NCBI RefSeq assembly: GCF_001194135.2
Contig: NC_068983.1
Span: 74,372,174 to 74,417,710 of the forward strand
Reading direction: 5' to 3'
Source: Octopus bimaculoides
Taxonomy: Eukaryota
Length of the DNA: 45,537 nt
A program made the translations under genes and the position numbers. This document shows positions 24,909 to 38,373 of this stretch, piece by piece. Position 1 is the first letter of the stretch; each line of letters opens with the position of its first letter. The notes under the pieces are model-generated. The model did no database searches, was not told the DNA's origin, and saw only the letters and a list, made by a program, of their open reading frames with translations.

Positions 24909-25190
24909 CGTGCGCTCCCGTGCTTGTGTGTATATATATGTAGAAATTTTTTTTTTTATTAAATTTCTACAGTGAATTATACAACACATTTGACTGAAAT
25001 GTGTCTGACGCACGTTTCTGCTTCATAGACATCTCGCAAATGGCATTTGCACCCAGTTATTAGTCTATTCAGCTATATTGCAGGTCCAGCCACTAATGTG
25101 GTCTGAAGCAACCTAAAGGCATTCAGGTTTCGAAAAACTATAGTCACCTTACAAATACAATGATATCTAAACCTAAATGCCCTTTTGCAG

Positions 25191-25258
25191 GCAAGAAATA
25201 ATGGTTGCTCCGAGAACGAATGCTGTTGTCTTGACAACAGAGAGAATAATATCTGTAG
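25191..25258 (+). CDS. Putative coding exon: (R)QEIMVAPRTNAVVLTTERIISV(E)
   Basis: Acceptor cccttttgcag, donor AG|gtttgt, 68 nt open, phase 2 to 1. Confidence 0.45.
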
Positions 25259-25613
25259 GTTTGTACAGAACAGTGAAAGTGTGGATAGAACTAAACTAAC
25301 TGGTATAGCTTAAATTGTATATCAGTCCAAAAATTGATATCGTGAAGTAATTCACTAACGGACCACGGCACCGCTTTAATATAATTGAAATAACGTGAGT
25401 CTACAACAGACATATGCTGTTATATTTACCTTATAGTCTGTGTATTTTCTTTCTATGCACACATACATACATACATAGACGTATATATATATATATATAT
25501 ATATATTCATACATACAAGCATACATTCATATATGTATTTATATGTGTGTATGTGTGTGCATGTGTGTGTAGGTATAGCATGCACATCTCCATATAGATT
25601 TATTGTGTGCATG

Positions 25614-25670
<57 letters not shown>

Positions 25671-26230
25671 NNNNNNNNNNTATATATCAACTTTTCTTCC
25701 TCCACAATTTTGTTTCATAATTCACACTAACGCAACATATAATCAATACAAAGATTTAAAAATTGAATACATATGTCTTAGTAGTTATCCACATAAACAG
25801 AAAAAAAGAAACTACCAAACATTCAAAGACTTAGTAAAACGAAGTTGTTGTAGGATTACGTAAGTTTCATAGGTTTTCCTTCTTCAAATTGTTACCTTCA
25901 TAAATTTTTAAGTATGGGCGTAGTTAGTGACATAACGTATTAAAGAAAATATACCGCGTTTAATTTCACATTGAAGTTAGAATTATTATTTTGACGTATG
26001 AATGCACTAATGTATTTATGCGTGTATGTTTACAAGCATATACATATGAAACAGATAGATTAATACGAATATTGATAGACAGGTAGATACATTAGTACAC
26101 AAACAACACATTGTTATAGGCGAGTCATTATATACATACATACATACATATATGTGTATGTGTGTGTGTGTGTGTACACATAAATATCATACTTACAGCT
26201 CTCTCTCTCTCTCTCTCTCTNNNNNNNNNN

Positions 26231-26263
<33 letters not shown>

Positions 26264-26898
26264 ACACTAACACACATACATATATAGACGTGTATCTATG
26301 TAAGAAAGTGTAAATAAATTTTATTTATAATTTATATATTTACGTTTATACATCTAAGATATACATATGTATGTAATGTATGAGCAGGCATAATGATACA
26401 TATACATAACAATATATATATACATACACATACACACACATGTGTGTGTGTGCGTGCGTGTGTGCGTGTGTGCATGTGTGTGTACATATATCATCCATAT
26501 GTATCTACCTCCGTGTGTGAATTTGTTCTGTTTACTACAAATCTACACGGTGTCCAATCAATACATTACTTATTTACCTAGTTTACTTTCTTACTTATTT
26601 ACTAAAATTACATTTCCCCTGTACACGCTCTTGTTAGGGAGGTAACATCCATTGAATTCGCTTCATCTATTTGAGATAGTTTCAAAAGCTCTTCTATGTA
26701 AGTGTTAAATTCATTGATTTTATGTACTCTTTACTTTCGAATGAAAATCTCTGGGAGGTTCAAGTTATTAGAAATTGGTCTTCCTTTTCCTTTCTTTCTT
26801 CATTTCTTTTCTTTCTTCATTTCTTTTCTACTTTCTTCTTTCTTTCTTTCTTTCTCTTTTTCTTTTTTTCTTCCTCGTTTGTCTTCTTTTGTAAGTCA

Positions 26899-26975
26899 TA
26901 TGGCTGTGTGGTTAAGATGTTCGTTGCGAAACGGGCGTACCGGAATAGAGTTCTACTTTCGTTACCCAGGAGAAG
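26899..26975 (+). mobile_element. Degenerate SINE head
   Basis: atggctgtgtggttaagatgttcgttgc matches the A-box region of the SINE family. Confidence 0.4.
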
Positions 26976-27359
26976 GTACATTATTTTTTCTATAATAACT
27001 TCGAATAGATTAATGACTTTCGAAATGAGGCTTATTAGATAGAATGTGCATGTATATATATATGTGCACATCTCTCTCTTTCTATGCGTATCTCGCAATT
27101 TTTTTCTGACCTTTTTCTTCCCTATGTGAGCAACATGGCCCTCAGCAAAGCCAACTACACATAAGACAGCATAGGATTAAAAATTCAGGGAACCCGGCAG
27201 GTCGAAGTTTATGAGACAATAGTCCTTGCATGGAACCTTGCAGAAGGATCACTGTCAAACACTCTAATTGCAGAGGACCTGAAGAGCTTTGGCTTTCAAC
27301 GAACTTAAATCGAGAGGGAAAAGAATGAGTTAATTCGCTCGTATGCTTTAATTCAACCG

Positions 27360-27720
27360 CACGTGGAGTTACTAAATAAAATATTTGAAGATGAGGTGAA
27401 AATTCAAAAGGGTGAAAAAGAAACTAGTGACTCAATGGAATCCGAAAAGGGCAAGGGTAATGATGTGAGGAAGGAACAAAACAAAGCATATATCACCAAC
27501 TTGGACAACTGTGAGTCCAGGAAGAAGAAATCAAAGGTTTACCTGGAGAAATTAAAAAAGCCAAAGGTACAAGCAAACAGGCAAGCTGACAATGGATGTG
27601 GGCCCAAGGTGGGTACAAAGACAAAAGGAAAGCGAAAGAGAACATGGCGACTGGTTGGGAAAAGAAAAGGTTTGACAGGAGAGGTAAAAGAAGGAGAGAT
27701 AATGAAGTATTGGTGATCCC
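27360..27720 (+). mobile_element. Decayed RTE-like RT fragment
   Basis: LLNKIFEDEVKI...KGKGND...; other frame WEKKRFDR resembles DLEKAFDR. Confidence 0.4.
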
Positions 27721-29536
27721 AAAACGAAGATGCGCGTGCTTGTGCGTGTATGAGAGAATGTGTAAATGTGTGTGTGTGTGTGTGTGGATAGGGGATAGTT
27801 ATTTTGACGTGTAGTCGTTTGCATGTGTATGTGCGTCAGTAATGTGTGGGTGTGTGGATGGTAGTGGTTAGGTGTGCAGATGATGGTGTGTGGCTGTGGG
27901 GTGGTGGTATGGAGTGGGGATGTAGGGGTGGGGTATTTGAGAGTGGAGTGTGGGGGTGGGGGTGAGGGTGGAGGAGGCATCAGTGAAGAGAGAAGGTGGG
28001 TAGGAGTGAAGAGAGGAAGTAGGTGNNNNNNNNNNGGTATTTGAGAGTGGAGTGTGGGGGTGGGGGTGAGGGTGGAGGAGGCATCAGTGAAGAGAGAAGG
28101 TGGGTAGGAGTGAAGAGAGGAAGTAGGTGTCAGAGCAAGAGAGGAGAGGAGAGGTAGGTAGGAGTAGGTGTCACATCTAGGTGTCAGATGAGGAAGTAGG
28201 TGTCAGAGATGAGGAGAGGAGAGGAGAGGAGGGGGGGTCAAATGAAGAGAGAAGGTGAGTTGAGCCCATGTGACACAAAGGAGAGAACACAAACATATAA
28301 TTATTTCATTGGGGGTGGTAACCCTGGAGTTTACTCTCGTAAACTCATCAACTGGTCCAGAATATCAGACAAGTAATAATCCAGAGATTATTTGTTATAT
28401 CAAATACATGCCCGCATATTCGCAAATATCTGCAGAGTTTCTAACGTTATAACCAAAGGGGTATCGAGTGAGCAAGTCCTTCTGTTTCGTTGATTAATAA
28501 ATGAAATAAAGACTTTCTCACTCTATTCTCATTGGATATAATTATATCTATCTATTTATCCATTTGTCTGTCTGCCGTCTGTCCGTCCGTCCGTCCATCT
28601 ACCCATCCATTTCTTTCTCTCTCTCTATNNNNNNNNNNATACATATATATATATATATAAACATATATATATATGAGTGTATGTAGGTATATATGTATAA
28701 AAATTATACTGAAGAATAAATACAGGAGGAACAAGTTTTAAGGAATTCATTTAACGCTATTATAGAAGGAGAATGTATCACAACGCTTTGGATGTTAGTC
28801 CTTCACCAGAAGAAAGAGAGAAGCGTTGAGTGAGTGAAGAAAAGAAATAGTGATTGAAAGGCAAACAAAGGGTAAGAGAATACGCAGGAATGTTTGCTCT
28901 ATAGCGGCAGTTGAGAAGTGAGGCGGGAATAGGCATGTAGATACAAAAGTATGTGTTTCCGTACATGGAAGCGAGCACCATGAGGAATGGCGTTTGAAAG
29001 TTAGTGTAGTATCAATATGTTTAGAAAGGCGAGCAATTTGGAAGTATGGTGGTGTTGATTAGTGGGCGTGTATTGTGTTGGCTTTTGTATGTCGTTGTAT
29101 GGTAGATAGCGTGAATAACTTAATGTAAGGAAGTGAGAGTGGTGATGATATTTGCAATGCTATTTCTATCCGCTTGACGTATATGAACATAATTAAATCA
29201 CAGATTATAATTATTATTTTTGTAATTTTGAATATATATCCGAATATACATATCAATGCGAACATCAAAATATTCTTGGACTCTAGCCTTTCATATGCTG
29301 AAAAGGCATCTTCAACAAGTATAAAGAGATTACTATAATCCTCGTTAATATAGAAATAGTTCTGTAAAGATCGTTCGTTCGATAGTTTATAACTGGATAG
29401 TCGTTTCCATAGAAGTTAGTTTTCAAATATAAATGAATATGAAATAAGATAAGGTCATTTTATTCACATCCATATATATTAGAGTTATTCGTTAATTAAA
29501 CTAAAGCACTTATGAGGTTTATTTTCTTGTTGGCAG

Positions 29537-29579
29537 AAATAAAAAAAACAAATCCGCTTTCATCACCAGATGTAAACTG
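29537..29579 (+). CDS. Putative coding exon: (E)IKKTNPLSSPDVN(C)
   Basis: Acceptor tttattttcttgttggcag, donor TG|gtgtga, 43 nt, phase 1 to 2. Confidence 0.4.
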
Positions 29580-29989
29580 GTGTGATTTTTATTTGGCATT
29601 TATAACCCAAGCAACTTTAACCCTTCAGCACAACAACATCCTTCTCATCATCCTTATCATCAATAGTGGATCGTAGATTCAGTGTTCATCTCAAAATCTT
29701 TTGAATAATTAGTTTTAACAGTTTACGTTCTGAGTTCAAATTATTCGAAATCAACTTTATTTCTCATCATTATTCACGCACTTGAGTTCGACTGCATCGA
29801 TATAAATGTCCTCTCCTACACACATAGATCAAACGTGTCTGACAGTATGCTAAATTTAAAAATTATGCGTTATTATTAGGATCTGCGGTGTCAATTTTAT
29901 CAATTAATTCTCCCATAGAATGTGTAGCATTAATTATGCTTATGCTAGAAATTATTTGGCCCGCAGAGACATTAGCACGCCGGACAAAA

Positions 29990-30135
29990 TGCTTAGCGAT
30001 ATTTCTTCCGTTTCTTTACCTTCTAAAATCAAATTCTGCCATTGTTCACTTTGCCTTTCATTCTTTTAGGGTCGATAAAATGAGTAACAGTTGATCGCTG
30101 AGATTAATGTAATCAATTACCTACTTCCCTATAAC
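29990..30135 (+). mobile_element. Degenerate SINE central domain
   Basis: ctttgcctttcattcttttagggtcgataaaatgagtaacagttg; related copies near 39745-40020. Confidence 0.6.
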
Positions 30136-30309
30136 TAGTCGCTTTGTGTCAAAACTATTATTATCATTATTGTTTTTGTTGTTATTGATGTTGGAGTTGT
30201 TGCTATTGTTATATGTTGAATTGATGAATATCTGTAAGAGAACTTACTCTGCGAGGAGAGTGATTTTTAACACATTCTAATTTATAAAAAATGTTTTTAT
30301 TTGCTTCAG

Positions 30310-30361
30310 TTTTAGCAACCGTAGCCTCTTTGATCACTTAAAAGTCTATATACCGCATTAC
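30310..30361 (+). CDS. Putative coding exon: (C)FSNRSLFDHLKVYIPHY
   Basis: Acceptor tttttatttgcttcag; weak donor gtggga; phase 2 to 0. Confidence 0.4.
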
Positions 30362-30440
30362 GTGGGATAGAAAATAGTTTTTTTGTTGATATTTTAAACT
30401 GTTTATGTATTTCTGACAAATAGCCATTTGCGATACTTAG

Positions 30441-30481
30441 ACACATTACAAGATTGCCACTTCAAAAGTTGCAGAACGAAG
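30441..30481 (+). CDS. Putative coding exon: THYKIATSKVAER(S)
   Basis: Acceptor gatacttag, donor AG|gtgctc (weak); phase 0 to 2; alternative readings exist from the acceptor at 30423. Confidence 0.25.
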
Positions 30482-30768
30482 GTGCTCGGCACAGTTATTG
30501 AAGCAGTAGCCTAAATATAAATGCAAATTTGTTTTTTATACGTAAGAATACATTTCAATTATCAAGCAGATATTGAAAATGTGGAACCTACAAACAGAGC
30601 ATTGAAGCATAAACGCTTGGACAACTGAAGATCGCAGAGCGAGGGTGTGTTGGAAATATTAATATGAATGTGAAACAGATTGAGAAAGAATGATAACCTC
30701 CAAATTCTTCTAATCATATCCAACCAAAGGGAAAGACGCTGTTGACAATGTACTCCATGATATGCAAA

Positions 30769-30769
<1 letters not shown>

Positions 30770-30846
<77 letters not shown>
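30770..30846. repeat. (AAT)n microsatellite
   Basis: Direct read. Confidence 0.95.
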
Positions 30847-30848
<2 letters not shown>

Positions 30849-33242
30849 CAGCATGGTTGGAATATATTATTCATCGTTTTGTTTCACTTGGGACTCGAAA
30901 ACAACAACATTCTATTATTTGGCAACTTCGTACTCTGGAGCCACTTGCTTTGAATCAGCTCGAGCAAAATGTGTAAGAATAGTCGAGACATCTTACGAAG
31001 ACCTATGTCTCCGTACCAGACGAGTGCATCCAGAAAAAGGAGACCAGGTAGTTGACATAACTTGTTTTTCAAAAAATTATATAGATTCACATATAACTTC
31101 GAAAAGGGCGTTGGAGAAAATCCTGGCCGTTCAGTAGCCGGATGTCAACTCTTACGACCAATGCAGAATATGTTGAAACGTGTGTCTGTCGTCTTTCATT
31201 TTAAACCTAAGTGAAAACTAGCAGCATGTAAAACAGGTGTACAACATATCTTCTCGAATACTAGTTACTTATTACAAGAATTTCGGGAACATTACAGTAT
31301 CCGATACAGCATGCAAATGGATGGAATTTGTATGGAAATCCAGATTCTAACGAACCAGGTATTCTACATCATTAGGGACCAGAGAAAAGATCAATCAGAC
31401 TTCGGTGGAGCGAAGGAGGCCAGTGATTACACATGTGGTATTAAAGGCCACTTAAATATCATCTGTATAGATGAGGAGAAACGACAAAGGAAAAGAAAGT
31501 GTGGCAGAAAGCAGCGGAGTTGGTAGCAACATCAACAACAGCAACAAAATCAATAACAACAACAGCAACAACAAAATCGATAACAACAACAACAAATAAA
31601 TACCCCCTTGAGATGAAAACTATGGATCTATTACCACCGTTCTAGTTGACATGGTCCATTCTTACAGGATATGAGCAGTTTCCTGTTTTATCAAATTCGA
31701 ATATGCTCAATTATTCGAATATGTTGTAAAGAAATACACCTTCCTTATCGGTCAAAACCAATTCAACTTTTTCAAGTTTCACTGAAATTGTTGCTGCTGC
31801 TACTGCTGTTTTTGCTCCAGCTGCTGCTGCTTCTCTTACTACCACTAGTAGTAGTAGTAATACTATTGCTGCTGCTGCTAATGTTACTGGTTCTGCTGTT
31901 GTTGCTGCATATTGAGGTCAATGGGCGCCTCTAAGTAAGCTCCGTGAAGCAAGTAATTTTTAAACTTTCCAGTTTTACTGAACGGAGGCTTGCTGATTTA
32001 TAAAGACCCTACCACATTACCTAAAGGAGATGCAACATTTATTTCTTTATATCGAGATTGTTTACACACTTTTGGCAAATAACAATGTTAACACGCTTTG
32101 CAGTAATGAACAATTCCGGGCTAGCAGGAAGGATGTTTACCACAATGATGATAGCAGGAGACACAATATCAGAAGAAAAAAAAAAAAAGGAAAAACAACC
32201 GCAGATTGTTTTCGAACGAAAGAACCGATTTATTAAAAACAGCAACAGCAACAACAACAAAAACAACAAAAACTCAACAGAAACAACACACAGGCAATAA
32301 AAATGGAATATAAATAAAGAGCTTTATGCTTAAACCGTTATAGTTAGACTTGTAAAATGGAAGGCAAAAAAATGAATAGGTTTGAAAATATTCATTTAGA
32401 TGGGAAAATCAATACGAGCAGTAACAGCAAAGATAACTTTTCATTTTTTTTTCAAACATTATGGGTCGAAGCAAGTGACTCTCCCTCAGCTAGCTCAGCT
32501 CAATGAGAAGGAGATGTGGGAGGGGTATGTCACAAAAGACGTTCGTGACTGATAAAACGATGGTGAAGGTAACAAAACCACTTAGGAGCTTTTAATCATA
32601 TATGCCCACAAGAGAAGATTTGTAGGAAATTCTAGTTGATATACGATAGGGTATGTGATCCATTAATCGGGCAGGGGTATAAAAGTGTGAAGCTGTTTAT
32701 GCTGTCTTTTGGAGAATCAATGGTGGAGTAGGGTGTGTTGGATGCGTTACACATATATCCTGAGGCTGGTTTCACAATACAAATATTTAAGAAAAGCGAA
32801 GAATTAAGTCCTTATCTCTTTTTGTTTACACGATCTATAAATGTCTTAACATGAATGGTTTCATGTCTGGAATAAAATTACTCCTCCGTCTCCNNNNNNN
32901 NNNNNNNNNNNNNNNNNNNNNNNNNNNNNNNNNNNNNNNNNNNNNNNNNNNNNNNNNNNNNNNNNNNNNNNNNNNNNNNNNNNNNNNNNNNNNNNNNNNN
33001 NNNNNNNNNNNNNNNNNNNNNNNNNNCCTCCTCCTCCTCCTCCTCCTCCTTCTCCTCATCATCATCATCATAATCAGCAGCAGCAGCAGCAGTAGCAGAA
33101 GCAGTAGCATCACCACCATCAGCATCACCACCAACAGCACCGACATCACCACCACTACCACTACCACCGCCCCACCCTCACCATCATCACCGTCGTCGTC
33201 GTCGTCGTCGGCATTACCATGATCATGATGATCCTCATTATT

Positions 33243-34300
33243 ATTATCATCGACGCTTTTTCTCTGGTAGATGCTATACCGACACTATACCAAAAGAGCG
33301 AAATATCAAATGGTCAAAGGTCCTATGAGTCATTACTTCTTCAACCTTCTAACACTCGTTAGAATCCTTGCTGTTCCTAACAAGGCTGTCTTCTGCAACA
33401 GTCCCATCCTGATGGTAAATCCTAGTTTCTTAAGTTATGCATTTAGCCTTTTACAAAATGCTCCCAATGCGCCAACTACAATCGGTACGACTTCTAAGTA
33501 CCCTGTTCTCCATAGTTTCCCGATTTCCTTCCTTAACTTCCGATATTTCTCAATTCCTTCACTTTCATTCACTCTGTGGTCTGGCAGTGAAGCAATATCC
33601 ACAATAATTGCTTTATTCTTCTTTTTTTCGACCACAATTTCATATTTTCTAGCCACGATAAGATGGTCACACTGGATGGTCATGTCCAACAAGTCTTGTA
33701 TTGTTCGTTTGCAGCAACATTTTCCATATGGTGCTCATAGCATTTCTCATTTCTGTTCATGCCATACATATGACGGAGCATCCAAGAAACCAATCTGGCA
33801 ATGTTGTCCTGCCTTCTCTTGTACTCTTTCTGTATAAGCATCTTACATTCACTAATAATGTGGTTTATTGTTTCAGTTTTCTCTCACCACACAGCCTAGA
33901 AAGTGGGAGAGTCACTCACTTGTCAATAATGAACCTGATATAGTTTGTCCTCAGTGCCTGTTCTTGGGCTGCAAAGATAAGAGCTTCAGTTTCAGGTTTC
34001 AAGTCGATTTTCCTAGTCCATTCCCAGATATTATCTTTGTCCACAGTGTCAGACATTTCCTGCAAGAATTAAACATACATTTTTTTCTCCTTTCCATCTT
34101 TTCAAGGTGTCTTTCTATCTGCCTTCTTCAAATTTTCCCTTTTCCTTTGCTTCTTCACTGATTAGGACTTTTATCTCTCTTACTCCTGCCATCAATCTGT
34201 CCTTTGAATTCTTTACACACTATTCCAGATTATTTTCCTCAGACACATTTCAGAGTTAATGAGACGTCTCCCTCCTCTTTGTCGGGATAGTTACAACCTT
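33243..34300 (-). mobile_element. Dong/R4-like non-LTR retrotransposon, 5'-truncated copy A (zinc knuckle, RLE, 3' UTR, (TAA)n tail)
   Basis: ETEALIFAAQEQALRTNY, degenerate CRLC...H..C knuckle, DMTIQCDH...IIVDIA...EKYRKL...VVPIVVGALG, LQKTALLGTARIL. Confidence 0.88.
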
Positions 34301-34323
34301 TTCTTCTTCTTCTTCTTCTTCTT

Positions 34324-34354
<31 letters not shown>

Positions 34355-34385
34355 TTATTATTATCATTGTTATTATTATTATAGT

Positions 34386-34545
34386 GAGGGCGAATGGCGA
34401 AATGGTTAGAGCGTTGCACTCACGATCTAGCGACCGTGATTTCAATTCCTAGACCGTGTGGTGTATTGTGTTCTTCAGCAAAACACTTCATCTCACGCTG
34501 CACTACAATCAGTGCAACCCCTGACGCGTGGTACATGTGTTGTCT
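34386..34545 (+). mobile_element. tRNA-derived SINE (diverged)
   Basis: ggcgaaTGGCGAAATGGttagagcg (A box), gatttcaattcc (B-box-like), tgtgttcttcagcaaaacacttcatctcacg body. Confidence 0.75.
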
Positions 34546-35691
34546 ATTCTGTAGTTGATGTAATTGGTTCTTAGTGCTTGCTCTTAGGCAGCACAAGTTA
34601 GAGCATCCGTTTTCGGTTTGAAATCACTTTTTGTCATTCATAGTCATCTTTTTCTCTGTCTGTCTTATCTTCAGCATCCCCATGAAATTCTCCATGCAAT
34701 TTTCAGTGTCATTCATTCTCAAGAGTTTGTATAGAGCTTTATCTTTGCAATCTTCCATCCTACAAAAGCCTGATCTTCTTACTTCCAATAATAGTGGTCC
34801 TGTGGCACTTTTTACATACCATGCTATGTTGTTTTATTCTTCTCTAATGCTGTGTTCGCATCCAATCAGTTCTCTTCTCCCTCTTTTTTTCGTACAAACA
34901 GTCTGTTTGTGTTACTTTTTGGGTGAAGTATCCCATATCTAATCAGCAACTTTCTTGTTTTTCTATCTAAGCTGGTTAATTCGTCTACTGTTCATGAGAT
35001 ACTCCTGCTCCAAATCTAAGGAGGTAAACCGCCCAGGTGTTGATAGCTTCAATCTTATTCCGTCTGTTTAATTTCGACTTCAGGATCAGTCACAGTCTGC
35101 GCAAGTACTCTACTCTAAACCTTAAATTTTTCTGTCATTTCTTTCTACATAAATTTATCCATTTCCAATATCCCCAAGTACTTATAGCCCGTATCTTCTA
35201 TCTGCTTCATAACTTCCCCAGACGGTATCGCTAGCCTCTCTTCAAGACTAACACACCACACTTTTGCAGTCCGAAGCCCATTCTGATATCGACTCTGAAA
35301 GTATACACAGTATCAACGAGGGAACTGACTTGGGATTTATCTATACCATAAAGTTTGAGGTCATCTATGAATAACAAGTGGTTGACTTTTTGTTGGAGGA
35401 TTTTGAATATATACCCAACTTTTGCTTCCCTCAGAATCAGTGTTAGTGGTATCAAGCACAGTACAAAAATCAGTGGGGACAGGCAATCCCCTTGGAAGAT
35501 GCCTCTCCTGATTTCTACTGTCTCTAAACTTCTTCCATATGCTGTCAGGTTCGTCCTCCACTTCGCTATACTTTTTCCACGTAATCGCTCAACATTCAAT
35601 GTAATACCAAATAGGTTCATACATTCCATAATCCAAGTATGGAGCAAGCTATCACTGTTCCTTTCCTGTGGTTTATTAGAGATATCACCTC
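34545..35691 (-). mobile_element. Dong/R4-like LINE copy B (RT domain to start of knuckle); 35343-35691 is repeated at 36506-36854
   Basis: RRGIFQGDCLSPLIFVL, VNHLLFIDDLKLYG, FGLQKC, YKYLGI, RLFVRKKEGRRELIGCE, EQALRTNY. Confidence 0.92.
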
Positions 35692-36854
35692 NNNNNNNNN
35701 NNNNNNNNNNNNNNNNNNNNNNNNNNNNNNNNNNNNNNNNNNNNNNNNNNNNNNNNNNNNNNNNNNNNNNNNNNNNNNNNNNNNNNNNNNNNNNNNNNNN
35801 NNNNNNNNNNNNNNNNNNNNNNNNNNNNNNNNNNNNNNNNNNNNNNNNNNNNNNNNNNNNNNNNNNNNNNNNNNNNNNNNNNNNNNNNNNNNNNNNNNNN
35901 NNNNNNNNNNNNNNNNNNNNNNNNNNNNNNNNNNNNNNNNNNNNNNNNNNNNNNNNNNNNNNNNNNNNNNNNNNNNNNNNNNNNNNNNNNNNNNNNNNNN
36001 NNNNNNNNNNNNNNNNNNNNNNNNNNNNNNNNNNNNNNNNNNNNNNNNNNNNNNNNNNNNNNNNNNNNNNNNNNNNNNNNNNNNNNNNNNNNNNNNNNNN
36101 NNNNNNNNNNNNNNNNNNNNNNNNNNNNNNNNNNNNNNNNNNNNNNNNNNNNNNNNNNNNNNNNNNNNNNNNNNNNNNNNNNNNNNNNNNNNNNNNNNNN
36201 NNNNNNNNNNNNNNNNNNNNNNNNNNNNNNNNNNNNNNNNNNNNNNNNNNNNNNNNNNNNNNNNNNNNNNNNNNNNNNNNNNNNNNNNNNNNNNNNNNNN
36301 NNNNNNNNNNNNNNNNNNNNNNNNNNNNNNNNNNNNNNNNNNNNNNNNNNNNNNNNNNNNNNNNNNNNNNNNNNNNNNNNNNNNNNNNNNNNNNNNNNNN
36401 NNNNNNNNNNNNNNNNNNNNNNNNNNNNNNNNNNNNNNNNNNNNNNNNNNNNNNNNNNNNNNNNNNNNNNNNNNNNNNNNNNNNNNNNNNNNNNNNNNNN
36501 NNNNNATACCATAAAGTTTGAGGTCATCTATGAATAACAAGTGGTTGACTTTTTGTTGGAGGATTTTGAATATATACCCAACTTTTGCTTCCCTCAGAAT
36601 CAGTGTTAGTGGTATCAAGCACAGTACAAAAATCAGTGGGGACAGGCAATCCCCTTGGAAGATGCCTCTCCTGATTTCTACTGTCTCTAAACTTCTTCCA
36701 TATGCTGTCAGGTTCGTCCTCCACTTCGCTATACTTTTTCCACGTAATCGCTCAACATTCAATGTAATACCAAATAGGTTCATACATTCCATAATCCAAG
36801 TATGGAGCAAGCTATCACTGTTCCTTTCCTGTGGTTTATTAGAGATATCACCTC

Positions 36855-37940
36855 AATGTTTGCAACGATAAACGCGTTCTTTAAAAGTGTTTACAAAAGA
36901 ATTCTCCCAGAAAAGAATGAAATACTGTTCTTCGTTACAGAGCGGACAAAATCATTTACCTTTATCATAGGGAAAGGATCTAGACAAAATATTCCATTCC
37001 ATATCAAATTGTTTATGATGTCCCTTAAAAGACCAAATTAATTTACTAAGCCCAGTATTGTTGCGTCTATTGATATGTCTAAATGTAGAGTAATGGTTAG
37101 ATATTCTTTTGGACAACTGAGATGGAGAACTACCTATGTAAAAACAGACATCAGAACCGGAAGTAATTTTACATTGATAAACAGAGTTTCTAGTCTTAGA
37201 ATTACTGCTAAAGAAACGAATGCGGTTTGAATTTATATCACAAATACTAATATTGTTGTTATTATTGTTCAAAGAATGGTTAGTATTAATAATATCAACG
37301 TTATTATTTTCATTAAGCGGATTTGCATTTAACAACTTATTGTTATGCGAAGAGATGATTGGTGAAAGGTTTTTGGTGTTTAAAAACCATATTCTAATTC
37401 GGTGCGAATTGATAATGGAATGGTATCTTGAATTTTTGGGGAAATTCTTATACATAGCTTCACGAAACTGGTAAGTGGGGTTAGATTTGATCTGCTTACC
37501 ATATGGAATTATCAACCTAACAGTTTTACTAGGACATAATTAGGGTAATTATCTTTAAAAGTCCTATATATACTTTTATAACGTAAAAAGTGTCTTAAAA
37601 TCGGTTATCTCCCTTACACTGCAAAATTACATTTTGCTATTTAGTGTTGTTATTCGAACTAAAATTTATATTGTTATTAGCGTTATGATGTCTTTTCCTG
37701 TTCTGATTAATAGTGGTAGAATTAACGTCAATAGGGTTGATATAGGTATTTTTTTCTTTATAGCCTGCTTTAAGTAAGTCAGAGTTATAAAATTCGGCTT
37801 TATCATTGAAGACATCAACATTGGCAGATAATCTAGAAAGTTTAAGTGAAATATTTCTAACTAAATTCCTTATAATATCTTTTGGATGGTTACTGAAAGA
37901 GCTAATATATTTTAAATTAACCTTAACTTACATAATGATT
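36855..37940 (-). mobile_element. Penelope-like element (Neptune-type): thumb, linker and GIY-YIG endonuclease
   Basis: SNHPKDIIRNLVRNISLKLSRLSANVDVFN; KNFPKNSRYHSIIN...IISSHNNKLL; VYQCKI...FYIGSS...KRISNHYSTF; WNIL; CPLCNEE...RCKH*. Confidence 0.9.
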
Positions 37941-38224
37941 CATATTTCCCATACCATAAACCCTCAACTAATTAAGAAATTTTCCTTTCAACTCATTGCT
38001 ATGATGCTCCACCACTACTTCTGCTCATGATGAGAGATGCACATTTCATCATCCGCCAAGGGACAGGCCCAAATGGTTAAGGTCAAACAACTGATAAGAC
38101 AATCTGTGGAACTGAGCAGAATATTTGCTGCAACCCATCTTCTATACCAAGATAAAACAATGTACATGATAACACTTCCTGTCAATTAAGATCAGTACCA
38201 CTGCCTGGTACTGCATCAGAGCAT

Positions 38225-38293
38225 TTATTATCATCATCATCATCATTATTATCATCATTACTATTATTATTATTATTATCATCATTATCATCA

Positions 38294-38373
<80 letters not shown>
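38225..38373. repeat. (ATC)/(ATT)n microsatellite
   Basis: Direct read. Confidence 0.95.

Noticed and set aside
26600-26705. Perfect GTAAGT donor at 26698
   Set aside because: All frames from the best acceptor (26637) contain stops; an 18-nt microexon is possible but unsupported.
31135-31190. CGGATGT..CAAC/GTTG..GAAACGTGTGTC as a hammerhead
   Set aside because: Two core mismatches and no stem I.
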